DNA of 64,000 nt, from positions 124,001-188,000 of the forward strand of contig CDMY01000040.1 of assembly GCA_001179505.1 (NCBI GenBank). Reading direction: 5' to 3'. The notes below the pieces were generated by a model that was not told where the DNA came from, searched no databases, and saw only the letters and a list, made by a program, of their open reading frames with translations. Shown here piece after piece: positions 23,266 to 36,851 of this stretch (within the stretch, counting starts at the first letter, position 1; every line of letters begins with the position of its first letter). This DNA comes from Vitrella brassicaformis CCMP3155 (taxonomy: Eukaryota > Protista > Chromerida). The position numbers and the translations under genes are program-made.

Positions 23266-25805
23266 GGGGACAACTTGAGCAGATTCTGCCGCTCAGAAAG
23301 GCCAGCTGAGGCATCCCACCAGCTCTTGACCTCATGGGCTGCTGGTGGTGACCACTTCAGCCAGTTTCTCATCGGTTCAATCTTGCCGCGATCCATCTGC
23401 GAGCTAAGCTCGGGAGGGAAGGAGATGTTGACGGATTTGGTGGCAAAGATGGCGTCAGCCATCTGTTGGCCTCACCCTTGTGAGATCCTCGTGCAGTACT
23501 GCTCGCAAGAGCCCATTCTCCTGCAAACATTTGCCGAGTCGCACATCCGAGCGGTCTATGCGGTGCTCCAGGAGGCGTACCCGCAGCTACCGACCCGTAC
23601 GCACAGGAACAACACCCATCCATTCGCTGGACGTGGCCCTGATGTGCTGCTTGCCTTCCGCTTGTGTGTCTGTGTGTGTCTGTATGTGTCTGCAGAGTCT
23701 AATGCAACGCTCCTACAGATGGCGCAGTCCATCAGCCAGTACTTCCGCTCTCAGCCACTGGTGGCCGGCTCCCACCTCCCACAGCCCTCCCCATCGCCAC
23801 CTGCCCCTCCCCCGCAACACCCACGCCACTCGCAGTCGCCAGGCCATCACGGCAGGCCAATGCCGTCCGGCCACCACCCACCAGACATGACATCCGAGCA
23901 GCAGGACCTGGATCGTCTGAGCGACGAGTACTATCGTCAGCTGCTGGCCGGTGGCGAGTTCCCGAGGCGGCAGCAGCCCTTCGAAGAGCCGGTGCAGCAC
24001 ATGCAGACCTTCAAGGTCACCCTGCCGCGGCCTGAGGAAGTGCCCCAGGCCGCCCAGCACTTTCGTGTGTGTACGGTCCGCTGGTGGGTGGACGGGGCGC
24101 TGCTGAGCTATGTCAAGGGGAGCGGGCAGCAGAACAATCGTCCCTTTGACTTTTGTGTGCGGCTGGTGAACCAGCACGGCATCGACATCCCATGGCTACA
24201 GAGCAAGTGGTACCTCCAGCCGAGCGGCAAAGAGGGCGAGGTGACCAGTAAGCGAACGAATGAATGCGTGTGGGAAGACAGAGAGACCGGAAGGAAACGG
24301 AATAGCACATTGACTGACACCGCCGGCAGGGTGACTGTGTCTGTCTGTCTGTCTGGCCCATGTGCGTGCAGGTGGTGCCTTCCGGGACCGTGCACGTTGG
24401 TGCAAGGATGAGCACAGGCAGCTGTGCTCCTATGGCGAGTCGATACCTATCACCGACTCCCTGCAAGGCGACGGTATGTCACTCCGTCTGTCAGAATCAC
24501 CCACTTGGTCTGTATAAGCGACACGCCTTCAAATTGCCTGTTGTTAAGTGCAGCGTTGAACGAGTTCACTCTCGTTGCGTCCAAGCAGTGCCTGGCATTC
24601 AAGACCACCTACCTGCCACAAGAGACCGGCAAGGTCACACGGAAACCACACCTGCCATCCGCATCTATTCTTCTTCTCTGTCTGTCTCTCTGTCTGCCTG
24701 CCTGTCTGTTTCCGTGGGCGTGATGTGTGCAGGTCGACGATTCCCGTGAGGCGTACCTGGTGCTGCAGCTGGTGAGGTATCGGCATCTGCGGGAGCTCGA
24801 GGAGGAGGTGCTGAGCTCGCGCATCGAGCGCAGGCCCTTCGGCAACGGCAATGGTGTGGAGGAGGCCGACGGGGCGGGGCGTGTGGTGGTGTCACTCAAG
24901 GACGTCTTCTCGAGGACGGACCGAATCAAGATACCCGCAAAGGCGAGCCAACCATACAGTGGATGGATGGATGGATGGCTGTGTATTCCATGCGTCGCGT
25001 GTGTGCATTGCAGGGGCGGCGTTGTCGTCACGAGCAGTGCTATGAGCTGTCCTGCTTCCTCTATCCCAGGGTAAGGCGTGAATGACAGACAGACGTGGGC
25101 AGGCACTCTGATATGTCTGCCTTACTGCCTGGTCGGTCCCAAACAGCGGCGGGCGTACATATGGCACTGTCCCATCTGCAAATCCCCACTCCCCTTCTCA
25201 GACCGTGAGTGAGCCGGATGGGCTAACGCCAGCCACTGCTGGTTGCTCCATGGGTAGGTACCTTTGGGATTGTGTGTGTCTGTGCTGATGGACGAATGAA
25301 TGCAGTTATGGTCGACGAGGCGATGCATGACGTCCTCCTGCAGACCAGCCAAGACACAGAGGAGGTACATGCCAGCCACAAACCTTAGCGTCCCCTTGAT
25401 GTCTGCCCCCTCTCTGTCGTGTGTTCAGATATGCGTCAATCCCGATGGCAGCTGGGAGGCCATCAGAGCTCAGCCCACCACCAGTGGACGCCCCCCGTCC
25501 GTCAGCGGCGACGGGGGCACGCCAATTGCGGCCGCGGACCAACCGACGGTATCAGCTGCAGATGACATCAATACTGACGTGGGGCGGCCTCACAAAAGGC
25601 AGCGGGCTGACCGCCATACGACCATCGCTGTGCCGGACGGACCCACCGACGACGCTCTATTCGGTAGGCAGGCGGGCGGGCAAGCCACCCAAACATGGCC
25701 AAACACGCAGGGGCAGTTTTCTATATGTGGTGCGTTTGTGGGTGTCTGCTGGCAGCTCCCCCGCCCCCTCGCACCGTTGTCAAGATGGAAGACACCGGAG
25801 ACTGA
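23266..25805 (+). CDS. SP-RING/MIZ zinc-finger protein (PIAS/SIZ-like SUMO E3 ligase); 5' end uncertain
   Basis: Spliced SP-RING: VSLKDVFSRTDRIKIPAK-GRRCRHEQCYEL...IWHCPICKSPLPFSD-LMVDEAMHDVL...ICVNPDGSW. Terminal exon ...VVKMEDTGD-TGA at 25805. Confidence 0.85.
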
Positions 25806-26478
25806 CTGACTGACTGACTGACTGAAGCAACCGACGAGCGAGGACCAGACAGACAGAGGCGGCCAAACGGCGTCTCGTCTTGAGAGCTGGATGAGTATTT
25901 GTCTGCCTGTAGACAGACGATCTGTCAGTCTGTCAAGCGCTTCACGAGAGCGAGAGAAAGGCCAGGCGGGCACCTGCTTGTCTGATTATGGTTGTTGACT
26001 CGCTGTTTCCCAGTGCTCTGAGGAGAGCCATTCATGCTGCTTCGACGCAGCTTCGTTGCTTGTTTGCCTCGCTGCTTCTGTTGCAATTGGGCTCACTTGG
26101 CCCCACTCTGGCGGCCCCGATCTCGGCTCTTTATGGGTGTTTGACGGTGAAGTATGGTTCACAGTGATCAGCGAGGCACGCTGGCCACATGCACATGAAT
26201 CATTAACCAACTTGTGCAATTTACAGCGGCTAAGGGATTTCCCATTACGCTATGAGTTAACGTACATATGATTTCCGATTCCCACCCTGATGCACCAGGA
26301 ATATCTACTGTTGAGGATAAAGCCAAATTGGGATCTCGTGTGTGTGTATGTCTTAGCAGCAATGGGGTCATTCAAACTTGACAATCAATGTGGGGGTCTG
26401 TGGGGGCGAAGAAATGAAGAGTGAGCCCTTCCCGACGCTGCGAGGCGCTGTGCGACAAGGAAGCGCGAATCTCCCATC

Positions 26479-29400
26479 ATGAACGACGTTCCCGCCAGCG
26501 GTGAGAGCGGCAACCCGCTCACCTTCGCGCCATGGTGAGGACACTGTCAGCAACCATGTGGCACAAAATGTGTGTTTGATGCAGGCAGGAGGGACTCTAC
26601 GGGGTTTTATATGTCATGGATTCTTCCACAAACGAAAAGCCAGAAGAAGCAATCATCGTCGGGACAGGTTGGCAGTCCCCTTGTGCGCACCGCTCTTCTC
26701 GTCCTGTGTGTGCATGGCTGTAGGAATCCGCGTGCCTCCCCTGCAATACGTCAATCTTGTCGTGGTGTTCGTGCTTGACCTTCTTCAGCTGGTGCCGCTG
26801 TTGCTGCCGCTGAATAAGGCTCTCGGGTGCGAAAAATGGGATATATACAGAGATACGGTCAGGCACAGAAACAGCTAGCGGTGGATTATCTCTGTATGTG
26901 TGTGGGGTTGCGTGTGTCGGTTCATGTCAGTGCATACTCCAGTTCTTCACCTCCCCTTTTGAGATTTTTGGAGGTCATGATGCAGGGGACGACGCGTACA
27001 TGCAAAGACCAGACACTGCCTGTGTGTTGACCCCTTGCAGGACGAAACAAGATTCAGTACTTCAGCGTTCTCGGCTTTCTCTGTTTCGTCATTCTCCTTA
27101 CGGCCGCGACGGTATGGCTGGTCGCGCAAACCTTCAAATCCAAGGAGGTGTGTCGTCCAGTCTGGCGCACAAAGACAACAGGGCAGGTGCCAACAAAATA
27201 CTGGTGCTCCTCCTGCGTTCACGAGTAGGTGCATCTGATAACGCCAATCATTTTTCTGAGGGGATTTGTCCGGATGTGAGCAGCCGCCGCATCTCATCGA
27301 CATGCGATTGCTCCCTTGTCAGTCGTCCCCCTTCTCCGCTATGTATGCAGCTTCGTGACGACCTTCTTCTCCTCATCTGTCGCCATTCTTATGTCTCTGT
27401 TTTCATGCTCGCTGATGAAAAACCGACTGAGAGACGGCGACTTTCAGTGTTGGGAGGCTTCCCATATCATCATGCTGTTCCCTTCCATCGCTGCCCTGTC
27501 CTTCCTGGTACGTGTCGCTGTTGTCATGGAATGTCAGCTGATCGATGAACGGCACACACAATTGATGTTCTACTTCAGGTGCCTCTGGGGCTAGTCACCG
27601 CGCTGCTTTACAACAATTTCAAGCCTTTTTCACCAGATTTGTCAGTGCAAGCGCACGGGCGAGCCGAATTTTGGTGCGCTTGCATTATCACACATAAATG
27701 TGCCTGCATCGGTGGGTGTCCGTGTGTCTGGCCTAGGTACACGGCGACGAAGACACTGATCAACCTGACCTTCATCACCTCCGTATCGAAACCTGCCTGG
27801 TCGATATATTGCGCGTCGATCAACCTTGTGGCGCTGGGCTACGTGGCAATCTTGTTCTTCGCGCAAGGTAAGTGAGCAGATGAGTGAGCGACCGTAGTGA
27901 AGGTCGCTTGCGAGACACCGCGACACACCGCCCCTCTCTCAATGGCTTATCGCTGCACAGCCCCATTCTACCACAACATTGCGAACAGGATGCGTGACGG
28001 CATTCTAGCAGTCCTTCTGACGATTGCTGTCTTTGCTTTGATACGAGAGATTCGTTTCGTCGACGTGAGCAGCCATAGCCAGTCTCCCAGGCTTTCTTCT
28101 GGTACACAGTCGGTCACTCCTATGTGTTGCCACCTGCGTGCAGGACTTGCTGGTGGTAGGTGTGTGCCTGTTCACGCTGCCGACTGGTGCACTGCTGGGG
28201 CTGGTGCGCAAGGACATTCTGCGACAGGAGATGGCCGCTGAGACACACTCCCTCATGGCTGTGTTTAACGAGGACTACATCGAGGCATTAGCGGCACTGC
28301 TGGCTGAAGAGACGGGAGAAGGAGGAGCTTCTAGAGCAGACAAGTGCGCAACATACACCCAGATACTCTGAGACATACTTTATGTGGTGGTGCTGAGTGG
28401 CTGCAGGTGTTCCGACGAGCGAAGTGACAGCACTGAGAGCGTCGCCCAAGGCGAGGGCGGCCGGCCTGCCGGGGCCATCGTCCCAGTGCTTGCGGCCCTC
28501 GCACGGCCGCCTTCTAATCAGGCCATCGCCCTGGGCGGATCGGCTATCACGAGGCAGTTCTCACGATCCGCATCGGTAGCAAGCAAGACCGTCGGGAACA
28601 GACGTGTTGTTGGGGCGGCAGCTGAGAACCAAGAGCCCAAGAGCGGAGCAGAGCTCGTGCAGGAGCGGATGAGCTCATACTGGTGCACGTATGGGTGTGC
28701 CTGCAGCCAGATTGGTATGCTGATGTTGGTCAATGCAGATTGACGAGGCTGAGAGCCAGCATGATATGGGAGACGGATCTCGAGCTCGTCCTTCGGGTCT
28801 TTCGCGACGAATGGTTCGCCAAGACATACGTCGCGACAAATGAGAGAGATCAATGACTGACAGACTTCTCGATTGATGATCATTAGGTTTCTGATCTCAA
28901 GCCGTTGGCCCGTGCGGTGATGATGGAGACAATGCTTGCGGTCCTGCAATCGACTTCCTTCTCCGCATACACATACATGGTAAAGGAAAAAGGGCGGATC
29001 CCGATTCGTTCATCCGGGGCTCTCGTGTGTCATTCAGCGGCTGGCGCTCGTCAACCGCTACTTCTTGTAAGCGAACCGACCAACGCAGTGCAGACCGTGT
29101 ATGTCTCATTGTCGTGTACAGCGATGAGACATTTCTGTGCTACAAGTACATCAAACTGTCGCACTCGCATGCATCGAAGTGGCACCTGGACACCAACTAC
29201 ATCCTATATCAACTCCAGAAAGACATTGAGACAGGTAAGGACACTACGGAGATCAAGTGCTTCTTTCAGGATATTGAGTTGCTGTCCAGCAAGGCAGATG
29301 GAGTACTTGGTAAGGACAGTCACACATGCACACATGTTCGCATTCCATGTGCTGCTTATCAGGGTGGTGGCAGCAAACGAACCAGCTTGATCGACATTAT

Positions 29401-32400
29401 GGTCAGTCAAAGCGGGCACGAAGAGAACTCGATTGGATCGACTTCTGTGTGTATTCAGACGTACCAGAAGGTGGGGAGAGAATGAGTCAACATGGACGAG
29501 AACAAATAACAGGAGAGGGATAAAAAAGTAAATGCAGAACATTTTCTTCTCTTCACCTTAGTGGTCACGTGCCGCGAGAATGAATCACATGCAGGCACTG
29601 AAGAAAATGGCTCGAGTGAGCGCGCCATTGATTCATTCGCTCACTCTTTCATTCATCCATTCATGAGACATGGGTATGCATGTGGTTTGTGCCCGCAGTT
29701 CTGGCGCGCCCTGGCGACAGAAAGCAAGATGGCTAATTCCAAGCCCTCGAAAGCAAGGTGAGACCTTGATTGGCCGCTTACTATTGACCGCCTTGGCTTC
29801 TGCCTGTGGCAGGGCAATGATGCTGAGTGAGGCACTCGCTGCAGTGTCCAGCGCCCACCAAGCGTATGTCAACCTGCTGCGGCGGTTTCCAAAGAGCAAG
29901 GTTGGTTCGTACAGCGGGTTGACACACGAGCAATCGGATACCCATGCTTTCCGAACACATTGAAGGATGCTCTTGAGCTGTTCGCGACCTTTGTTCGGTC
30001 AGTTTGCGAATGGTCAGACATGGTCTGCTTATCTGGTTAGTCGTGTCGTGTCTTGTGTGTCGTCAGGCAGCTGTACAACGATGACAGCAGGTTTGGTCAA
30101 TGACGCGCCGACAAAGGAGCACTCTTAAAAGATGATGCATTGCACTCTAACTTAAAGGGCGGAGCTCTTAATGATCCAGGCGGATGCTGATGCTGATGAC
30201 CGATCTGTCGCTTACAGTGAGCAGAATGCATGAAAGCACGTACATGCACGGGGCCGTCACTTGTGCCAACGTATCTGTCGATCTCGCATGCAGGCCACAA
30301 TCCCTCGTCGCTTGAATCGCCCGACCCTGACGGAGGATTCGAGATTCGCGAGGGAGGTACGAAGCCTTCGTTCACATACTCGGCTCACGCAATGGTTGGC
30401 GCCATGAAATGCAGGCAGCAAGAAAGAAGAAAACATTGGCCTAATAGAAATCACCAAAAAAAGAAGACTCAAGGTATGCAAACATCAATCAAGAAGGGAG
30501 GCCTCATGCGTTCTTCTGCTCATTTCTAGTGGGCTGAAGTGGTTGCCATTATCGGTAATGATTGCTTGGCCGGTGCACATGGGACGGAAAGCTGTGTTGC
30601 CTGTTTTGTTTGTGTGTTCTTGATCTGCCGCAATGAAGGCCTGGTCGTGATGATTGTCATTGGAGTGGTGACTCACTTCGTGCAGATTGGCGAGCTCCAG
30701 TTCACGACTGAGGTCAGCGAGACTGTGTATGGTCTCGGGTGGCAATGGATTATCTTTCTTCTCGTTGCAGAAGCTTCACGATTTGCAATACAATCGCATC
30801 CTTATTAACAACTGGTATGCTTCATGCACCCACACTCGTATATAAGCCTGCTTGCATTCTGGTGTCCTTCTCGCCTACGTGTCACGTCGCCACGGGTCAA
30901 CCTCTTGTGCAGGGCCAAGGTGCGTGCGCAAGCAGGATATGTTTCCAGCCTTGTACACATCTTCTGTCTTATCTCTGCTGCAGATATGCAACAGTGTCAC
31001 AGGTACAGATACTGTTAGAGATGGGATATTTTTCTCACACATCCTGCAAATACCTCAGTTACTCACACGTGGTGGAGACACCTTACTGAAGAATTTCCTC
31101 TGAGCGCGGGGACTCATGTAGATGTGACTCAGCCGCTGAACGTCACTGAAGAAGAAATTCGAGCTCGCATTCAGCGAGAGTTGGGGGACATTGGGAGATA
31201 CGTCGCGGAGATAACAGATGCCGCTAATTTCATCATCGACAAAGCCATCAGGGTCACCCTGGACATCTAGAAGAGAAGGGACACGCATGGACGTATGGAT
31301 GAAGGATGGCATGTCTTGTTTAGGAGAAAATGCGTGACGTTGAAGACTTCTATCGAGACGGAAGTGCTGATCTCTCAGTTGTTACTTTTGACGGTATGTG
31401 ACATGAATATGCCAGTCGATCGGCCAATGAATTATCCCCTGCTTGCTTTCAGACTTCGGAAATAAGAAAATCAGGGTAGCACACGTATATTTCTCAGATA
31501 CCTGTCAGCTGTCTGCCCTTCTTGCTGTGTATTGTTCAGGAGAAGATCACATATTCTGGTTCGGTCCTGCACACATGTACGTTGGTGTGTGCAGGACCCC
31601 GTTCTTGTTGTGCAGGGGTCGTCGCTGACTATCTGCTGGCTGTCTTAAGAGTGATGGGGGAGGAAGCTAAAGATGAGTCGATTGATCTCAAGGACGTCTT
31701 GCAAGTAAAAGTGGCCAGACACATCGTTATTGATCAACGTAAATGGATAGTTTGCCCACATCTGCTTATCGCCGCTCGCTCAGAACTGTCTCGGCAAGGC
31801 GGGTGACGGTGGTCAGAAGATCATCGAGGTACGTACGGATACAATGGATCCACAATTGCCACCTTCTTCCGCTTGTATCGGTCGCAGATGGAACTTTCAC
31901 ACATAAACGACGGTGAGCAAAAGGAACACACTGTGTACCCATCGCAAGTTTATTGTGCCTCCAGTCGTGGCTCACAGTGAAACCGTGATCCTGGCGATGA
32001 TCACCTGCTTTCTCATTTTCAACCTGTTAATCGCTCTTGTGGTCTTGCGGATGGTTCAAGTGGGAATGGTGAGTATGTCTATGCATGGGTCGCGTCGATG
32101 GATGACATGTCTACATTTGTGTGTGTGTGCAGTCCGAATTTGATCTGCTGGGTCAGTCGGGCTTGGCCATAAATATCGCCTTCTCTCTCACACACCGCCA
32201 GAAACTCCGCCTTCGAAGACGTTTTGCCCGTGAGAGCCGGAAGGGCATCGATTTCGAGGGCATCGACATTCAGTAAGGCTCCCTCAGATCGCACTGACCC
32301 GTGGCTCTTGTGAGCTGTACAGGGCTGGAGAATCGAGAAGGAGCAGTATGCTGGACCGGGACTATGACTCGCCTGCAAAGCAACTCGCCCCACCATTCAA

Positions 32401-35400
32401 ATCGGCGCTGAAGTCGAGTGAACGCAGGAGCATTACGGCCGAGGAGCATTTCGGTGCCATGAAGTCACCCACAAGCAATGACGATTTCGCATTGACCCCG
32501 GACGTGAGTGGCGAGGCGGTTGCTTGCGGATCGGTACGAGTGGCGAGCCCGAAGGGGGGCGGACTTTTGATGCATCATGAGGCAGTGACCTTCGGGAGTG
32601 ACAACACGGCGGTGGGTGAGCTACTCAGACGCTCACAAGATATGAGCACGCTCGCTCTTGACCTGCTGCAGGATGTTTCGAGAAGCCCTCCAGCCGATAC
32701 CGGTATGGCGTCGGCGGACGAGCGGCTGTCGGGAGGTGGTTGTGAAAACGCTGAAGTACCAATCAGGATCAGTAATGCAGTAAGGCATCACACAGTCGTC
32801 TGGCGTAGAGGCATCACATATCTCTGCGTGTGGCCTCCGTGGGCAGCACGATAGGGAAAAGGTATTCGATGACAACGTTGGGGCCAAGTAGGGAAAAGGT
32901 ATTCGTATGCGGCTACAGACGACATGATGCGTTTATGTGGTCGCAGTGCATCGTCCATGCAGCCCGATGTCTTCCTCGACCTCTTTGCAAAGCCAGAAGA
33001 CTCCCACCACCCGGTGAGTCCCGACAACGTGAGTCTGTGCCAAGTGAGGTATAAACGATCGCTTCGCACAGGTCGCTTCTGGCGAGACAATGTTTAGGGA
33101 GCCGAAAGAGCCAAGAATAGCCTTCGAGGGCGGCGCAGGAGTGGCAAAGTACACGTCGTCACTGACGTAAAAGCATAAATGCCTTACCTTGGAGAGTTTT
33201 TGTGAAAGAATGTCGTGCTTCTGTGCTGTTTTGGCAGAAAGGATTTGTCACCCTTGTCGGCGACTTGTGGTGGTACGCGGAGGAGTAGGAGTGACACCGA
33301 TATGCGCCTGCACCAGAGGTGGCTGCTGTGGAGGAAATACTGCTGCCCCCGGGAGCCGCCAAACATTTGCAAGTGGGCAACGACAACTCTCTTCGGGCGG
33401 CTTTCGCGGCTGCTGCTGATCTTTTGGACCCTTGTCCTCGCATACTCCATCTTCACGTACTCATTCATGGTATGCCTCTAAGTGAAGACTCGCCGCAGGC
33501 CAGTGTTCGTCGACTGATGATGAAATGTTTTCAGGCAGCAGAGATGGCGCGCGTAGACAACATGACGGAGGAAGTAACACCCTGCATAGCTCACCCTTCG
33601 AGCGCCTGCATCCATCTATGAGCACACTGTGATCTATGCAGGTGATGCAGGCAACTCTCGGTGAGTACCGCTTTCGGCACACTCAAATCGCCAGCATTCA
33701 TTTGGTCGAACCAACCCTGTAAGCCCAACACTAAAGGCCTACACACATGTACACACACACACACACACACACAGACCCAGGCTCGATAATCCAGACAGAC
33801 AGACAGACATCCTGCCTGCCTGGTGCATGCACATTTATGTTCCCAATTGGCCTTGGCGCGAGACACTTGCTGAGAGCGCTCCAAGTTGGCCGGAGTACTT
33901 TGTGGTCAGCGGCCCTTCAGCGAATGAGTACAAGTACTGGTCATCATCAATGCGTGTCCCTCCGTACGTGTTGCAGGAACAGCTGTCGCTCGGCGCCGAG
34001 CAGGTGACTACACTCCTGTATCAAAAGAGCAAGACCTCGGGCGAACCGGTGACTACAAGTCGCATGAATCACACAGATTGACTGACCTGCCTAGGCCACC
34101 CCTGTAGCTGAGCATCGTCTGTACGATGTCGCTGCTTTGTCGGTGATGGCTGTGTATATACATCTTCAGATCGACCGTCGATTTGAAGCCCGTCGGAGGT
34201 ACGTATATAGTCTGGCGCGTATAGTCTTCCTATGCCGATCCCCCCTTTGTTTGCTGCGCTGCCAATTGCCTACAGGTTGCTCTACTACCCTGGCTGTCTT
34301 CTCCTGCCACCTGTGCTGTCATGGCCGGCCTTTGTGCGCCCATCTGTCGCGTCATTTGACTGTGCTTTCCTTCTGTGTGTGTGAACGCAGGAAGGCACAT
34401 GCGATAACAGGACGAATCCTTACCCCTTCTCAGGCACGCCTTCCGCTCACACACAACAGACTGCTCCAAGCCAGCACTCAGCAGCCAACTCATTTTCTTC
34501 CACCTTTCACGGGACTACTCAGAAAAAATGGAGGCTGGATTCTATCCTGCGTTGGTGGCGTGGTACGTAAACCACCTGCTCTTGATACCTGTGCCTTTAC
34601 CTCCCGTTCTTTTCAGGTTTGAGGAGGCTGAAAGGTTCTTCCTGAACTGGGTACTATGCGAGTTATGATCAGCACCGGAGGCTCGGGATGACAAATAGTG
34701 TATGCCATGGCAGGTCTATGGCGTGGGAACACCTCGCGAGTACTACGAGCATCCTTTCTATGTGGAGGTCAACCCCTATGTAAGACGGCTGTCGTCCAAT
34801 TCTCATTATTCCTTCGAGGAGCCAGGAGAAGCACACAAGCGGCCAAGGCTGTCTTGCAGCGCCTGAAGCGTCTGATAGAGCACCAGACTCCCCAGCTGGT
34901 CGAAACAAGATCAACCGGGGGACCCGTGAGCTGCAAACGAATGGCGGAAACGGTACGACCGGGCCCGAACGCATGGTGCGGCCGTGGCTGCCACCCGACT
35001 ACTGGTGGATCTACAACACATTACGTTACGACATAGGCAGCGTAAGGGGATGTAGTTTGTTGTTAACGTAATGTGGGACGTAAGACAATGTGAATCAATG
35101 GCCTATGTACGACATAGGCTTTCGAGACGCTGCAAAAACTCTTCATCGACGTAAGCGTAAGTGGATGTATTGTGAGCGTAAGTCCCCATCCCTGCTCGGT
35201 TGGTGTGTGCAGGAGGCAGAGAGCGACTTGAAGAAGCATGAAGGTGACTTTTCCCTGTTTCCCTGTCTGTCTGTCTCACGCACATGTGTGTATTGGGCTG
35301 CAGCAAAGTTGTGGATACTCGGAGCGACGGACTGGGTAAACACAGCTTTGCTTGGACGTGCTTGTCGCAAATGAGTGTGGTCCCTTGACAGGCAATTATC

Positions 35401-35720
35401 TTCGTTGCTGCCCTGGTCGTCCATTTCCTGTTGTTCAAATTTTTTCGGAAGGACCTTCTAGAAGTCGTAGCTGTTTTGCGTATCCTGCCGGAAGACGACA
35501 TAGAGGTACTGTGGTACTGTGTGGTCAGCAACGTCGACCCCATTGCCTATGACTAGCTATATTGACGCATGTGTCTCTGTATCTGTGCAGCAACAGAAGC
35601 TCTTCCATCTCTTCAACATCGATCTGGAGGTAGACGTCGGGCATCGTATGTAGGTTCGCATACCTCTGTGTGTGCTTGCAGAATGAGGAGGGATCCCAAG
35701 GGAGTGAGGCCACCGTCTAG
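26479..35720 (+). CDS. TmcB/TmcC-like (tiny macrocysts) large multi-pass membrane protein, many exons
   Basis: N-terminus EGLYGVLYVM and VLDLLQL; TM block with FQCWEASHII and PFYHNIANRMR; TPR-like FWRALA...AHQAYVNLLRRFPKSKDALELFATFVRQLYND; later TM exons; C-terminus VAVLRILPEDDIE...EATV-TAG. It could be two genes. Confidence 0.75.
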
Positions 35721-36474
35721 TGTCGTCTTGCGTGTTGGTCCATACAAACTTGTCGATTGGCCAAATGCAAGCCTTATTTTTTGGGGTTCAGCCCGAGGAC
35801 ATACCAATCATCCTCGTATTTGCCGTGCAGTACAGACGCTAGTTTTTTGTGCTGTATCGGTGCTGATATGCCATCGTACCTGCGTGTGGACTGTGCACTC
35901 AATCGCTGTCTGTCTGTTGAATCGACGCGATGTCTTTTGCATCGGCCCTCATCGCTTGATTCGTAGTTAGTAGGCGGACTTCCTTCTGGCTGGCTCAGCC
36001 TGGCTGTATCTGATTTAAGCGGCGGACGGACTTGACTGATTCAAGCGATCACAAATGACTGAGTGTACAAACGCCCACGTCAGCTACTCTCGACTGCAGC
36101 AAGTTCCGACTGCTTCTGTTCGGCTTCAGCATTCTGATGAAATTCGACCGCTTTGTGCCATGACGCTAATTGCCCTCATCTTCTACTTTGTCAACCGTCT
36201 CGCGGCGGTGCTCTAGAGGGAGGGAGGGAAGGAGATGTGCCTTGCCCTCTATCAAATGCGGAGTCACCAGGCTTGCCTCACGAACACACATAGAATCTGA
36301 TGCGAGCAGCGGCTGTCTCTCTGTAGGAGTGCCGAATAACGCTCTCCTCTCTCACACCAAACGATTGACAGCAGCAAGGCAAGACAGGCGAAGCATACCT
36401 CAGATCTGCATTTGATGCAAGCAAACATAGATGCGGGCTGCGGCAAAGCAAAACAGACCCGACGACCATTTTCA

Positions 36475-36523
36475 GACCCTAGCCCGGGGTCTGGGCTAGG
36501 GTCCCCGGTCTGGGCTAGGGTTT
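36475..36523. promoter_or_regulatory. Palindromic/tandem CCCTAG motif cluster with a telo-box-like AAACCCTAG on the minus strand
   Basis: GACCCTAGCCC (36475-36485) and its reverse complement GGGCTAGGGTC (36493-36503); GGTCTGGGCTAGGGT repeated with period 19; about 330 bp upstream of ATG 36852. Function is inferred only. Confidence 0.35.
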
Positions 36524-36851
36524 GCAAAGAAACCGACGTCACCCAATCTGGCAGAATAAATGGTGATGGGTATGTTTGTGCGGTACGCTGTACAGAACCA
36601 CATCAGCTGAGCATGAGAAGGCGATCCGCATGCGGATTCGAACTCGAAAAATTATGTGAGGGAGCGGAGCGCAACGGCCGTGAGAGGCCAGTAGCGCATC
36701 CACCGGCCGCATCCATCCAGTTGCTCGTCCGGCACACCTCATCCAGTCGGCAGCCCTCCCTTCTCCCCCTCTCTCTGTCTCTGATTGTTCGTCTGTTCCT
36801 TTCCTTTCCTTCCTTCTCTGAGCCGCCAGCTCCCCGGCCTCTCTCCTGACG

